From Sphingobacteriales bacterium (GTDB taxonomy: Bacteria; Bacteroidota; Bacteroidia; Chitinophagales; JADIYW01), in assembly GCA_016699615.1 (NCBI GenBank), contig CP064984.1, forward strand, positions 2,488,721 through 2,552,720: a DNA stretch of 64,000 nucleotides. Direction: 5' to 3'. Positions 32,594 to 42,920 of the stretch are shown here, piece after piece. The notes beneath the pieces are model-generated. The model was not told the DNA's origin. It saw nothing but the letters and a program-made list of their open reading frames with translations, and ran no database searches. The translations under genes were made by a program, and so were the position numbers. Positions within the stretch are counted from its first letter, which is position 1. Every line of letters begins with the position of its first letter.

Positions 32594-33946
32594 ATGAAAA
32601 ATTATTCTAAGTTATTAGTATTTATATTTATTATTTTAATGTGCAATATCACATATGCACAAAAAGATTTCTCGAAAGATTTGAACAAACAAAGTTTAGA
32701 AGAATTTGGAATCAAAAAAGATAGCATCAAGAAAAATTTCAATTTACCAAAGGCAGAACAGCCAGTAATTGGAAATAATCAACAAGACTTGAATAAGCAA
32801 AGCTTAGAACAGTTTAAAAATATAAACACCAAACAAAAAAATACTACAAATGCCGATTCTTTACAAAAAATAAATGCAGAACAAATAAAGAAAAATTACG
32901 CAGATTCTATCTTAAAAATTAAACAAAGACACATTGAAGATTCTATTAAAAATATTAGAATAAAACAAGTAGCAGATTCAATCAAAAATTTAAAAACATC
33001 TATAAAAGAAGAAAAAATACCAGAACCACCAAAAAAACCAGAACCAGCAAAAATTATAAACACAGAGCCAATTGCAAAACAACCTGAAAAACAAAAAAAT
33101 GATGTCGTTATAGAAGCACCAAAAAAATCAGAGTTTAGCAATGAGCCAATTGTACAGCCAGTACAAAAACCAAGCAAACCAACTGCTGTAGTAGAAACAC
33201 AACCAACTATAAAACCAAAAATAAATTATGATTCTTTGAAAAACAAACCAATCAAAGAATTTTATATAGAAACACAACCATTGGTTACTCAAAACGGAAA
33301 AGTGGTTGCAGTAGAAGAAGCTAAACAAGCTGAAGTAAAGAAACCATCAGAAACTGTATATAAATACTCTGAAAAAGAAATTGCAGAAAAACAGAAAAAA
33401 GCAAGTTATAATCAATATCAAAGAGAAGCAGATTCTATTAGAAATAAAAATAAACTATTGTTAGATAGTCTTTTAGCCACATTAAATGTAGATGTTCCAG
33501 TGCAAGTTGGCGTAAATGATTATATAGAAATTTATGTAAGTGGTGGAGGATTATTTGGTGGCGTAAATCCAAAAGAATATGACAGAACCATGATTTTTAA
33601 TAATGGATTAATTCAAAGAGAATACAAATCAAAAATTGGTGGAATAGAAAAATATGAGAAAAAAGTATCAAGGGAAGATTTAATAAAACTAGCACAATTT
33701 ATTGTCGACTTAGGCTATTTTAATTTCTATGAAGAATACGAATGTGCATCAGATGATGTTGCTTGCAAACAAAGAATGAAGCAAGCACCAACACCAATTC
33801 CATTGAGCATTTCAGTTGCTATTGGTGTGAGAAGAGAAAAAATAGACATAGATTTTTATGCACCTTCCATTGAAAAAAATTGGGTAAAATATCCAGAAAA
33901 TATTGTTAAGATTCTAAATGCTATCTACGCAATTGCAGAAAAGTAG
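32594..33946 (+). CDS. hypothetical secreted protein with Lys/Pro-rich low-complexity region
   Basis: Signal peptide, repeated DLNKQSLE(E/Q)F and ADSIKN-type motifs, and a PEPPKKPEP linker. The C-terminal globular part is not recognised. Confidence 0.6.
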   Translation: MKNYSKLLVFIFIILMCNITYAQKDFSKDLNKQSLEEFGIKKDSIKKNFNLPKAEQPVIGNNQQDLNKQSLEQFKNINTKQKNTTNADSLQKINAEQIKKNYADSILKIKQRHIEDSIKNIRIKQVADSIKNLKTSIKEEKIPEPPKKPEPAKIINTEPIAKQPEKQKNDVVIEAPKKSEFSNEPIVQPVQKPSKPTAVVETQPTIKPKINYDSLKNKPIKEFYIETQPLVTQNGKVVAVEEAKQAEVKKPSETVYKYSEKEIAEKQKKASYNQYQREADSIRNKNKLLLDSLLATLNVDVPVQVGVNDYIEIYVSGGGLFGGVNPKEYDRTMIFNNGLIQREYKSKIGGIEKYEKKVSREDLIKLAQFIVDLGYFNFYEEYECASDDVACKQRMKQAPTPIPLSISVAIGVRREKIDIDFYAPSIEKNWVKYPENIVKILNAIYAIAEK

Positions 33947-34187
33947 CAGGTAGATTTTATATAAATAGTTGTAAAAAAAATACTAATTTTACGAAAATAC
34001 TTTAGCCATTAATACTCCAATTGAATTATTAAAAAAGTTTTCTGATATAGAACTTTGGATACACATTCATCCATTTGCTATTTCATATTTATTATTTGAT
34101 AATCAACAGAAGAAAGTTTATGAAGTAGAATATCAACATTTAAACCTACATTTTGAAGATACAATTACAATTGATTCAATTAGCTCA

Positions 34188-34829
34188 ATGTTTACTAATA
34201 CTAATGAGGTTTTTGATTTGAATTTTAAAAATGTAAAAGTGGCATTTGCAACAAATAAATTTACTATTCTACCAACTACAACCAATCAAATAAACACTGT
34301 CTTTCAAAATTTAGGAATTGATATAGAAGAAGATGACTGCATTGAAACTTTTGAAATTTCAGACAATAAGATATTGTATTTCAATATTGATAAACAAATA
34401 AAAAATTATTTCGAACATAGATTTAGAAATGTGTCTTGGTATTTTGGCGATTATGGTATTATACATTACAAGAACAGTAAATTAGCATTCCAAAATCATT
34501 TGGCTGTAAATATATATGGAAATGATTTGACTATCGCATTCAAAAAAGATGATGAATTATTATTTTTTAATAAATTTTATATCGAACAAAAAGAAGATTT
34601 ATTATATTATTTAAAATTAGCTTACGAGCAACTTAATTTAGATGCCAATCAGTTTGCAACCTATTTGTATGGATTTGTAGAAGAAAAATCACCCATGTAC
34701 ACTTATAGTTTTTCTTATATCAGAAATTACGAAATAGACAGAACACTAAAGCATGCATTAGCATATATGTTTACATACAACGAGCACCAATTACATTATT
34801 TTTATAATCTTTTAGCACTAGGAAAATGA
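34188..34829 (+). CDS. DUF3822 family protein (N-terminus probably extends upstream to about 33993)
   Basis: The frame stays open upstream of the first ATG (..ELWIHIHPFAISYLLFDNQQKKVY..), which suggests a missed or frameshifted start. Conserved position upstream of rsmD-coaD in Bacteroidota. Family call tentative. Confidence 0.5.
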   Translation: MFTNTNEVFDLNFKNVKVAFATNKFTILPTTTNQINTVFQNLGIDIEEDDCIETFEISDNKILYFNIDKQIKNYFEHRFRNVSWYFGDYGIIHYKNSKLAFQNHLAVNIYGNDLTIAFKKDDELLFFNKFYIEQKEDLLYYLKLAYEQLNLDANQFATYLYGFVEEKSPMYTYSFSYIRNYEIDRTLKHALAYMFTYNEHQLHYFYNLLALGK

Positions 34830-35359
34830 GAATTATAGCTGGAAAACTAAAAGGAAAACATTTTTATCCACCAAAAAATATTCCTGCAAGACCAACAACA
34901 GATATTGCAAAAGAAGGATTGTTTAATATATTAACAAATTACATAGAATTTGAAAATATTGATTTTTTAGATTTATTTGCAGGAACGGGAAATATAGGCA
35001 TGGAAATGTTTTCTAGAGGTTGCAACAAAGTTACCTCAGTAGATTTGTCTTCCATTAGCATCAAATTTATTCAAGAAATGAGCAAAATGGCAAACATACC
35101 ACAACACCAAATTATTAGAGCAGATGCCATTCATTTCATCAAACAATCAAAACATCAATACGATTTAATTTTCGCAGGACCACCTTATCCATTAGAATGT
35201 ATAGACGAAATTCCAAATTTGGTCATAGAACATAAACTATTAAAAGAAAATGCTTGGTTTATTTTAGAAACATCACCAAGACACAACTTTTCAGAACATC
35301 CAAATTGTTTTAATCTTAGAAAATACGGACAAACGCATTTTTGGTTTTTTAAAAATTAG
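34826..35359 (+). CDS. rsmD: 16S rRNA (guanine966-N2)-methyltransferase
   Basis: MRIIAGKLKGK...RPTTDIAKEGLFNIL and FAGPPYP motifs. Confidence 0.88.
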   Translation: MRIIAGKLKGKHFYPPKNIPARPTTDIAKEGLFNILTNYIEFENIDFLDLFAGTGNIGMEMFSRGCNKVTSVDLSSISIKFIQEMSKMANIPQHQIIRADAIHFIKQSKHQYDLIFAGPPYPLECIDEIPNLVIEHKLLKENAWFILETSPRHNFSEHPNCFNLRKYGQTHFWFFKN

Positions 35360-35364
35360 AATAA

Positions 35365-35848
<484 letters not shown>

Positions 35849-35920
35849 AATACATTTTCGTATAACAAACCAAGTGATGTAATCTAAATTTATGTTATTA
35901 TATATATAACTACAAACAAG

Positions 35921-36208
35921 TTATACATAAAACTCAGGATTAAGTTGTTGTTGTAGTTCCGGATGTTTTTTTATATATGCACCAACAAAAGGGCAGTACA
36001 CCATAACCATTTTCTTATGTTGTTTAGCATATTTAAAAGCAAATTCAGCTAATGCAGTTGCAATGCCTTTTCCTTTTAGTGCATCAGGCACAACAGTATG
36101 TACAAATGCAATATTTTTTTGCTTGTAATATTTATATTCTAAATAAGCAATGATGCCATTGCTGCGATATTCAAAACGCAAAAGTTCTTTATTATCTATT
36201 ATTTCCAA
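35921..36208 (-). CDS. small GNAT family N-acetyltransferase (YjdJ-like)
   Basis: 95 aa with KGKGIATALAEFAFKYAK and C-terminal CPFVGAYIKKHPE. Confidence 0.75.
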   Translation of the reverse strand: MEIIDNKELLRFEYRSNGIIAYLEYKYYKQKNIAFVHTVVPDALKGKGIATALAEFAFKYAKQHKKMVMVYCPFVGAYIKKHPELQQQLNPEFYV

Positions 36209-36217
36209 AATATTGTG

Positions 36218-36534
36218 TTAAAGTTCGTCGTATGCTTTAAAACGTTTATCTACTATGCGTTTCCATTCTGGGTGCTTCTGAATATATGCAAAAACATAAG
36301 GACAAAAGGGAGCAATAATTGATTGTTTGCCTCAATATATTCTAATGTTTTCTCTACCACAGCTTGTCTGCACCACTTCCTTTTAGTCGTTGCATCAATT
36401 TCTGTGTGTACAAGTGCAATTTGTTCGCCACGTTCTCCATAGTTTATAAATGCAAAATGACCATTTACTTCTATTTCAAATCGTTTCTTTTCCTCATTCT
36501 TTACCAACGGAATATTTAAAAATTCTGCCTTCAT
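36218..36534 (-). CDS. paralogous small GNAT N-acetyltransferase (frameshifted near 36320-36335)
   Basis: The N-terminal part parallels the neighbouring gene. The conserved C-terminus APFCPYVFAYIQKHPEW is readable only in another frame. Confidence 0.6.
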
Positions 36535-36700
36535 ATTTCAAATGTATTTGTTTAAATAATAAATTGAAAGTATGAATATTTTTGCAGAAATTAATTTTTT
36601 ATGCTTTTGTACATATTTTTATATTATGTTAATATAAGATAATTCCATTTTGCTGTATAAATAATTATCTTAGCCAACTCGTAATTTTATAATATACATA

Positions 36701-36934
36701 GTGAAAAGTTATAAGATAGAATTTATTTCATACAACCAAGCAGTACTTATTGGCAGATTTATGCTCATTTTCTCTCGTCGCAGAATTGATGTAACCAATT
36801 TTGGTTTCCAAAAAATAAACGAAGAAGATGGACTGTTCTCCATCGAATTTAATTCAGATGAATGGCAAGCACAGAATTTACTTAAACAAGTAAATAAACA
36901 AATTGATGTTTTTGGTGCAAAACTTATTAATTAA
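36701..36934 (+). CDS. ACT-domain protein resembling the acetolactate synthase small subunit
   Basis: 77 aa with a GTG start, the pattern ..LIGRFMLIFSRRRIDVTNF..., and a position directly upstream of ilvC. No large subunit is present in the window. Confidence 0.5.
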   Translation: MKSYKIEFISYNQAVLIGRFMLIFSRRRIDVTNFGFQKINEEDGLFSIEFNSDEWQAQNLLKQVNKQIDVFGAKLIN

Positions 36935-36967
36935 CATATATTATTCATTAAATAAAAACTAATAAAA

Positions 36968-38010
36968 ATGGCAGTATTGAACTTTGGTGGACACGACGAA
37001 AATGTAGTAACTCGTGAAGAATTTCCACTTGCTAAAGCAAAAGAAGTATTAAAAGATGAAACAATTGCTATAATTGGATATGGCGTGCAAGGTCCAGGTC
37101 AAGCATTAAATTTAAGAGATAATGGTTTTAATGTTATTATCGGACAAAGAAGACCATCAAAATCTTGGGATAAAGCAGTGGCTGACGGTTTTGTTGAAGG
37201 ACAAACTTTATTCGAACCAGAACAAGCTTTAGAAAAAGCTACTATCATCATGTATTTATTATCTGATGCTGCTCAAATAGAAATGTGGCCAACAGTAAAA
37301 AAACATTTAACAGCAGGAAAAGCATTATATTTCTCTCACGGATTTGGCGTTACATACAAAGACAGAACAGGAATCATTCCACCAGCTGATGTAGACGTAA
37401 TTCTTACAGCACCAAAAGGTTCTGGAACTTCACTTCGTAGATTATTCTTAGAAGGAAAAGGACTAAACTCATCTTATGCTATCTTCCAAGATGCTACAGG
37501 AAATGCATATAATAGAACAATTGCATTAGGCATTGGCATTGGCTCTGGTTATTTATTTGAAACTACTTTCCAAAAGAAGTTTATTCAGACCTTACAGGCG
37601 AGCGTGGCGTTTTGATGGGTGCATTAGCAGGAATCATGGAAGCACAATATAATGTATTAAGAGAAAATGGTCATTCACCATCAGAAGCTTTCAACGAAAC
37701 AGTAGAAGAATTAACAGAATCATTAATAAAATTAGTTTCTGAAAATGGAATGGATTGGATGTATGCCAACTGTTCTACAACAGCACAACGTGGTGCTTTA
37801 GATTGGAAAGGTCCATTTAGAGAAGCAACATTGCCAGTATTCAAAGAATTATATGCAAAAGTTGCAGCAGGAGAGGAAGCACAACGTTCTATCGATACAA
37901 ACTCTCAACCAGATTATAGAGAGAAATTAGAAGTAGAATTAAAAACACTAAGAGATAGCGAAATGTGGCAAGCAGGTAAAACTGTTCGTAGCCTAAGACC
38001 AGGAAAATAA
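36968..38010 (+). CDS. ilvC: ketol-acid reductoisomerase (frameshift at 37572-37575)
   Basis: IIGYGVQGPGQALNLRDNG Rossmann motif. One extra A in the A4 run gives ..FQKEVYSDLTGERGVLMGAL.., joining the 215-aa and 132-aa ORFs. Confidence 0.93.
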
Positions 38011-38026
38011 TCAAACTGGATAAATT

Positions 38027-38061
38027 TAAAAAATGCCTCAACAGATTGTTGAGGCATTTTT
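38027..38061. terminator. palindromic bidirectional terminator (copy 1)
   Basis: aaaaaaTGCCTCAACAgaTTGTTGAGGCAtttttt: an 11-bp G+C-containing stem flanked by an A-run and a T-run, directly after the ilvC stop. Confidence 0.8.
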
Positions 38062-38145
38062 TGTTATTAGTTATTAGTTATTAGTTATTAGTTATTAGTT
38101 ATTAGTTATTAGTTATTAGTTATTAGTTATTAGTTATTAGTTATT
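38062..38145. repeat. heptanucleotide microsatellite (GTTATTA) in about 12 copies
   Basis: Perfect tandem 7-mers read directly from the sequence between the convergent ilvC and SnoaL-like genes. Confidence 0.95.
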
Positions 38146-38184
38146 TGTTAAAAAACACATTAGAAATAGTTATAAATATACAAA

Positions 38185-38547
38185 TTAAAACATTCCATTT
38201 TCGTTTATCATATCTGGTGGTACTGCTTGACCAAAATCCCAAAGTTCAACAATCTTATTGTTCTCAAATCGGAAAATATGCATTACAGCAAAAGTATTAT
38301 CTATAATACTAACACGAGAATGAACAGCGACCAAGTTTCCATCTTCTAATATTCTTTGTATTGCAAAAATTTTATTTGGATTTTTTTGAGCATTTTCTTC
38401 CATTGCAAGCATTAATGTATTACCATCACCTTTAAAATATGCATTATGATGTTTGAAATTATCACCAACATAAAATTCAAATGCTATTCTAGATTCTCCT
38501 TTAGATGAAAGTTTTAAAAATTCTTGAGCAATATCTTTTTTAGTCAT
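38185..38547 (-). CDS. SnoaL-like / NTF2-fold family protein
   Basis: About 120 aa from MTKKDIAQEFLK, with an alternating beta pattern and C-terminal ..FENNKIVELWDF.. typical of SnoaL-like cyclase-fold proteins. Call by eye. Confidence 0.55.
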   Translation of the reverse strand: MTKKDIAQEFLKLSSKGESRIAFEFYVGDNFKHHNAYFKGDGNTLMLAMEENAQKNPNKIFAIQRILEDGNLVAVHSRVSIIDNTFAVMHIFRFENNKIVELWDFGQAVPPDMINENGMF

Positions 38548-38560
38548 ATTCAAATGTAAT

Positions 38561-38596
38561 AAAAAATGCCTCAACAATTTGTTGAGGCATTTTTTG
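38561..38596. terminator. palindromic bidirectional terminator (copy 2, near-identical to 38027-38061)
   Basis: aaaaaaTGCCTCAACAatTTGTTGAGGCAtttttt, downstream of the LolA-like gene. Confidence 0.8.
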
Positions 38597-38619
38597 TTAT
38601 TGCATATTTGTTACATTAT

Positions 38620-39270
38620 TTACATTCTCAAATCTTCCACATGCACACCAGGATGTTTTTTAGCATCAAAAATAAATGTAGCATCATCTAATTTCTGACT
38701 AGTATTCATTGTATTTACTTTATAGATATATCTTGTTCCATTTTTATCAAACATCTTTAGTTGTTTGATATTATTCTTAGCATCAACCCAAAGTCTAATC
38801 TTAAAATATGGTTTAGTTTTATCTTTTGGCATTAAATCCACAGTTTTGCAAGACACGTTGCCTATATTTTCGTTAGTGTTTTGTTGATAATAGAAATCAG
38901 AATGATAAATAGTAAACATATTTGCTGGTGTTATTTCAGTTTGGCTAGGTTCATAGTCATTAATTTGTACCTCATTTATATCTTTTAAAAACGTCCAAAT
39001 AGAGCTTTTATCACAATATACTTCCTGATTGCCTAATAATAATTTATATTTATCACCTTTGATTAAAACTTGTCCATTTTGTGTGCTGCTTTTTCCTTGC
39101 GGATATTCAGTCAATATAGTAAAAGTCACTTGGATAGATGGATAAGATTTATAAGTCTTAGTTACTGCATCTAAAATTAATTTTGCATTTGGATCATTTA
39201 AATTTTTAGAATTATTAGGTTGAGTACCAACCAGAGATAATAAAAAGGAGAAAAATACTACTAATACCAT
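38620..39270 (-). CDS. LolA-like outer-membrane lipoprotein carrier family protein
   Basis: Signal peptide from MVLVVFF and a LolA-like N-terminal region (AKLILDAVTKTYKSYPSIQVTFT). The longest ORF reaches 39339. Confidence 0.6.
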   Translation of the reverse strand: MVLVVFFSFLLSLVGTQPNNSKNLNDPNAKLILDAVTKTYKSYPSIQVTFTILTEYPQGKSSTQNGQVLIKGDKYKLLLGNQEVYCDKSSIWTFLKDINEVQINDYEPSQTEITPANMFTIYHSDFYYQQNTNENIGNVSCKTVDLMPKDKTKPYFKIRLWVDAKNNIKQLKMFDKNGTRYIYKVNTMNTSQKLDDATFIFDAKKHPGVHVEDLRM

Positions 39271-39649
39271 AGGTTTTATATATAAATATGAAATTATTTG
39301 TACAAATGTACAGATAATCTTTATCAATTTTCGTTCCACAATTCACAATGTATTTGTCTTTTCTATTGATATGTTTGAAATTTTTAGTGTTAAATATTTC
39401 ATAAAACTATTTTATTTTTTATTTTATATTGTAGTGCATAAAATGCTTATTATTAATTAGTTGAATCTTTTTATGTAAAGTATTTATTCTTTCAAATCAT
39501 ACATATTATTATTTTTTACTTTGATTTTTAATTTTATGTATCTATATTTGTTATTAAGAAATGTTAATAACTATCTTTTTATTGTTAATAAAACTGAATA
39601 TATGCAATATATGAATAATATGGAACACAAAACTAAAACTAGCTTGAGT

Positions 39650-42600
39650 ATGAATAAGAAGAGCCTACTTGTTTTTATTTTATCACTCTTTTCAGTTGCA
39701 TTTTTATTTGCAGTTGATAAAAGTGATTCGCAAACAATTTGTAGAGGAACTACAATTGCTGTAGATGGCATTAATTATACACCATACAATGATACAACTA
39801 TTGAATATACCATTCCTGATATATTAATGGTAGAAGATACAAATGTTATTCTCAGTGTAACAGTATTGCCATTACCAACCAAATCAATAGACACAGCAAT
39901 TTGCGTAGGTGCTACTATCAATATAGATGGCGTAGATTACACACCAGCAGCAGACACAGCAGTAGAATATACAATCTTAGGTGTTGATGACGAATGTGAT
40001 ACACTTGCAACAGTAAATATTACACACAAAGAAATACCAACCAAAACTATAGACACAGCAATTTGCGTAGGTGCTACCATCAATATAGATGGCGTAGATT
40101 ATACACCAGCAGCAGATACAGCAGTAGAATATACAATCTTAGGTGTTGATGACGAATGTGATACACTTGCAACAGTAAATATTACACACAAAGAAATACC
40201 AACCAAAACTATAGACACAGCAATTTGCGTAGGTGCTACCATCAATATAGATGGCGTAGATTATACACCAGCAGCAGACACAGCAGTAGAATATACAATT
40301 TTAGGTGTTGATGACGAATGTGATACACTTGCAACAGTAAATATTACACACAAAGAAATACCAACCAAATCAATAGACACAGCAATTTGCGTAGGTGCTA
40401 CCATCAATATAGATGGCGTAGATTATACACCAGCAGCAGATACAGCAGTTGAGTATACAATTTCAGGTGAAAATTTAGAATGTGATACACTTGCAACAGT
40501 AAATATTACACACAAAGAAATACCAACCAAAACTATAGACACAGCAATTTGAGTAGGAGCTACCATCAATATAGATGGCGTAGATTACACACCAGCAGCA
40601 GACACAGCAGTTGAGTACGTAATTCTAGGCGTAGATGACGAATGTGATACACTTGCAACAGTAAATATTACACACAAAGCAATACCAACCAAAACTATAG
40701 ACACAGCAATTTGCGTAGGAGCAACTATCAATATAGATGGCGTAGATTACACACCAGCAGCAGACACAGCAGTAGAATATACCATTTTAGGTGTTGATTA
40801 CGAATGTGATACACTTGCAACAGTAAATATTACACACAAAGAAATACCAACCAAATCAATAGACACAGCAATTTGTGCTGGAACAACTATTAATATTGAT
40901 GGCGTAGATTACACACCAGCAGCAGACACAGCAGTAGAATATGTAATTTTAGGTGTTGATGACGAATGTGATACAAATGCTACAATGAATATTACAATTA
41001 GACCGTTGCCAACACTTACAATTGACACAACAAATAATATTGGCGAAATTATTACAATAGATGGTGTAGATTATTCTCCAATAAGCGATACTTCAGTTGT
41101 ATATATCATTCCAGCAGCAGTTATCGAAGACTGTGATACCGTAGTTACTGTAAATATTGATGCAATTTTATTGCCACCTACTGTTACTCCAACTGATGAT
41201 ACAATTTGTATTGGTACTAAAACGTCTTTAGATGCATCAGGAATAGATAATGCAATAATTAAATGGTACAATAATCCAGCACTTACAAATCCAATTCAAT
41301 TAGGTAGTACATTAATTACACCTATTTTAAATTCTACAACAACATATTATGCTACACAAACAGTTTATGGTCTAACAAGTGAACCAACTGAAGTTATAGT
41401 TACAGTACAAAGTCAAAGTCCATTACCAACTTTAAGTATTCCAGCAGGACTTATATGTCAAGCTACAGATGTAGTTGTAAGTTCTTCATCAAGTGCTACA
41501 ATATTCTATTCTGATGCTGGCTATACAGTTATTGGAAATGGTTCAGAATTAACTTTAACAAATATCCAAGCAACACAAGTAATTTATGCAAAAGATACCA
41601 CTAATGCTGGTTGCCCAAGTAATATTACAAGTATTAAAATAACAGTTGAACCTAAACTAACAAAACCAAAAGTAAAAGGAACTACAATTTGTAGTGGCAA
41701 TACAGTAACACTTGTTGGTGCATCAGATTCAACTCGCTGGTATGATGATTCATTATTAACGAATGTAGTTAATATAGGAAAAACATTTATCACACCAGTT
41801 TTAGATACAACAACAATGTATTATCTACGTAACGAAGCTGAAGGCAAATGTTCAAGTGATTCTATAATTGTTACAGTAACAGTAAATGAAACACCAGACA
41901 AACCAATAGTTGGTGAAGCTTCAACTTGCTACGGACAGTTTGCAACAGTAGTTGTGGAAGGAGAGAATATAAAATGGTATTCAGACCAACAATTAACTAA
42001 TTTAGTATTCTTTGGTTCTACTTTAAATACACCAATTTTATATAGAGATACAATCTATTATGTTACACAAACCAAAAATAACTGTGTAAGTGATAGTGCA
42101 ACTGTAAATATAAAAGTATATACTAAACCAGATAGACCAATTATCAATTCAATACCAGTTATCTGTGAAGGAACTGAATTAGTTATTACAGTGAAAAATG
42201 AAGGAGAAGGTCAAACTTATAATTGGGTAGAGACCAAATAACTTTACATCTAGTGATATGAATCCAGTGATTGAAAATGTAACTTTAGCTAATGCTGGAA
42301 CATATACTGTTTATGCATCATTAGGCAATTGCAAATCTGAAGTGGCAACAACAATAGTATATGTTGATAAAAACCCAGTTGCTGATGCTGGTGCTGATGT
42401 TACAATATTCCAAAATCAACCAACTGTACTACAAGGTACTGGAGGTCAAATTTATTCTTGGACACCAGATGATAATTTAAGTACAAACAATATTAGCAAT
42501 CCTACCTTTGTTAGTGAAGATACAGGTGTATTTGCAATAGAATTAACAGTTTGGGACGGTGGTTTCGGTTGTTTAGACAAAGATACAGTTGTAATTACAG

Positions 42601-42878
42601 TTGTTCCAGTAGAAAAACTTATTATTCCAGATATTATTACACCAAATGGTGATGGCGTAAACGATGAATGGTATATTCAATATTTAGAAAATGTCAATTC
42701 ACCATACACATTAAGTGTATATGCTCGTGGTGGTGCTTTAGTAATGAGTACTTCTAGCTACAACCAACAGTGGAAAGGAACTTATAAAGATAAGGAACTA
42801 CATGATGGAGCATATTGGTATGTCTTAGAATTTGAAAATGGTGTGATTTATAAAGGTACATTAACCATTAAAAGATAA
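39650..42878 (+). pseudogene. T9SS type-B (CHU_C) adhesin with seven 162-bp tandem repeats, interrupted by an in-frame TGA (40550-40552) and a frameshift (about 42228-42233)
   Basis: Signal peptide MNKKSLLVFILSLFSVAFLFA. ORFs 39521-40552 and 40985-42241 share one frame. The third ORF (42258-42878) carries IIPDIITPNGDGVNDEWY. The classic junction ..YNWVGPNNFTSSD.. is restored by removing one base. Confidence 0.8.
39872..41005 (+). repeat. 7 tandem near-identical 162-bp (54-codon) coding repeats
   Basis: The ataccaaccaaa unit starts at 39872, 40034, 40196, 40358, 40520, 40682 and 40844, an exact 162-bp period. A degenerate eighth copy follows. Confidence 0.95.
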
Positions 42879-42920
42879 TCTGTAAATATTAAAATTATAT
42901 ATAAACATTAATTGCACAAT

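Noticed and set aside
36560-36700. Possible ilv leader peptide or attenuator (21-codon ORF MNIFAEINFLCFCTYFYIMLI) upstream of the ilvN-like ORF
   Set aside because: There is no run of Ile/Val/Leu regulatory codons, and no alternative terminator/antiterminator hairpins are visible.
40550-40552. In-frame TGA replacing a conserved Cys codon in the adhesin repeat. Could it encode selenocysteine?
   Set aside because: The downstream sequence is essentially identical to the six sister repeats that use TGC. There is therefore no dedicated SECIS hairpin, and no sel genes are in the window. A point mutation or consensus error is far more likely.
39872-41005. Regular 162-bp repeats: a possible CRISPR array?
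   Set aside because: The repeats are contiguous with no unique spacers. They lie in one open reading frame that encodes a Cys-containing adhesin module, and no cas genes are present.
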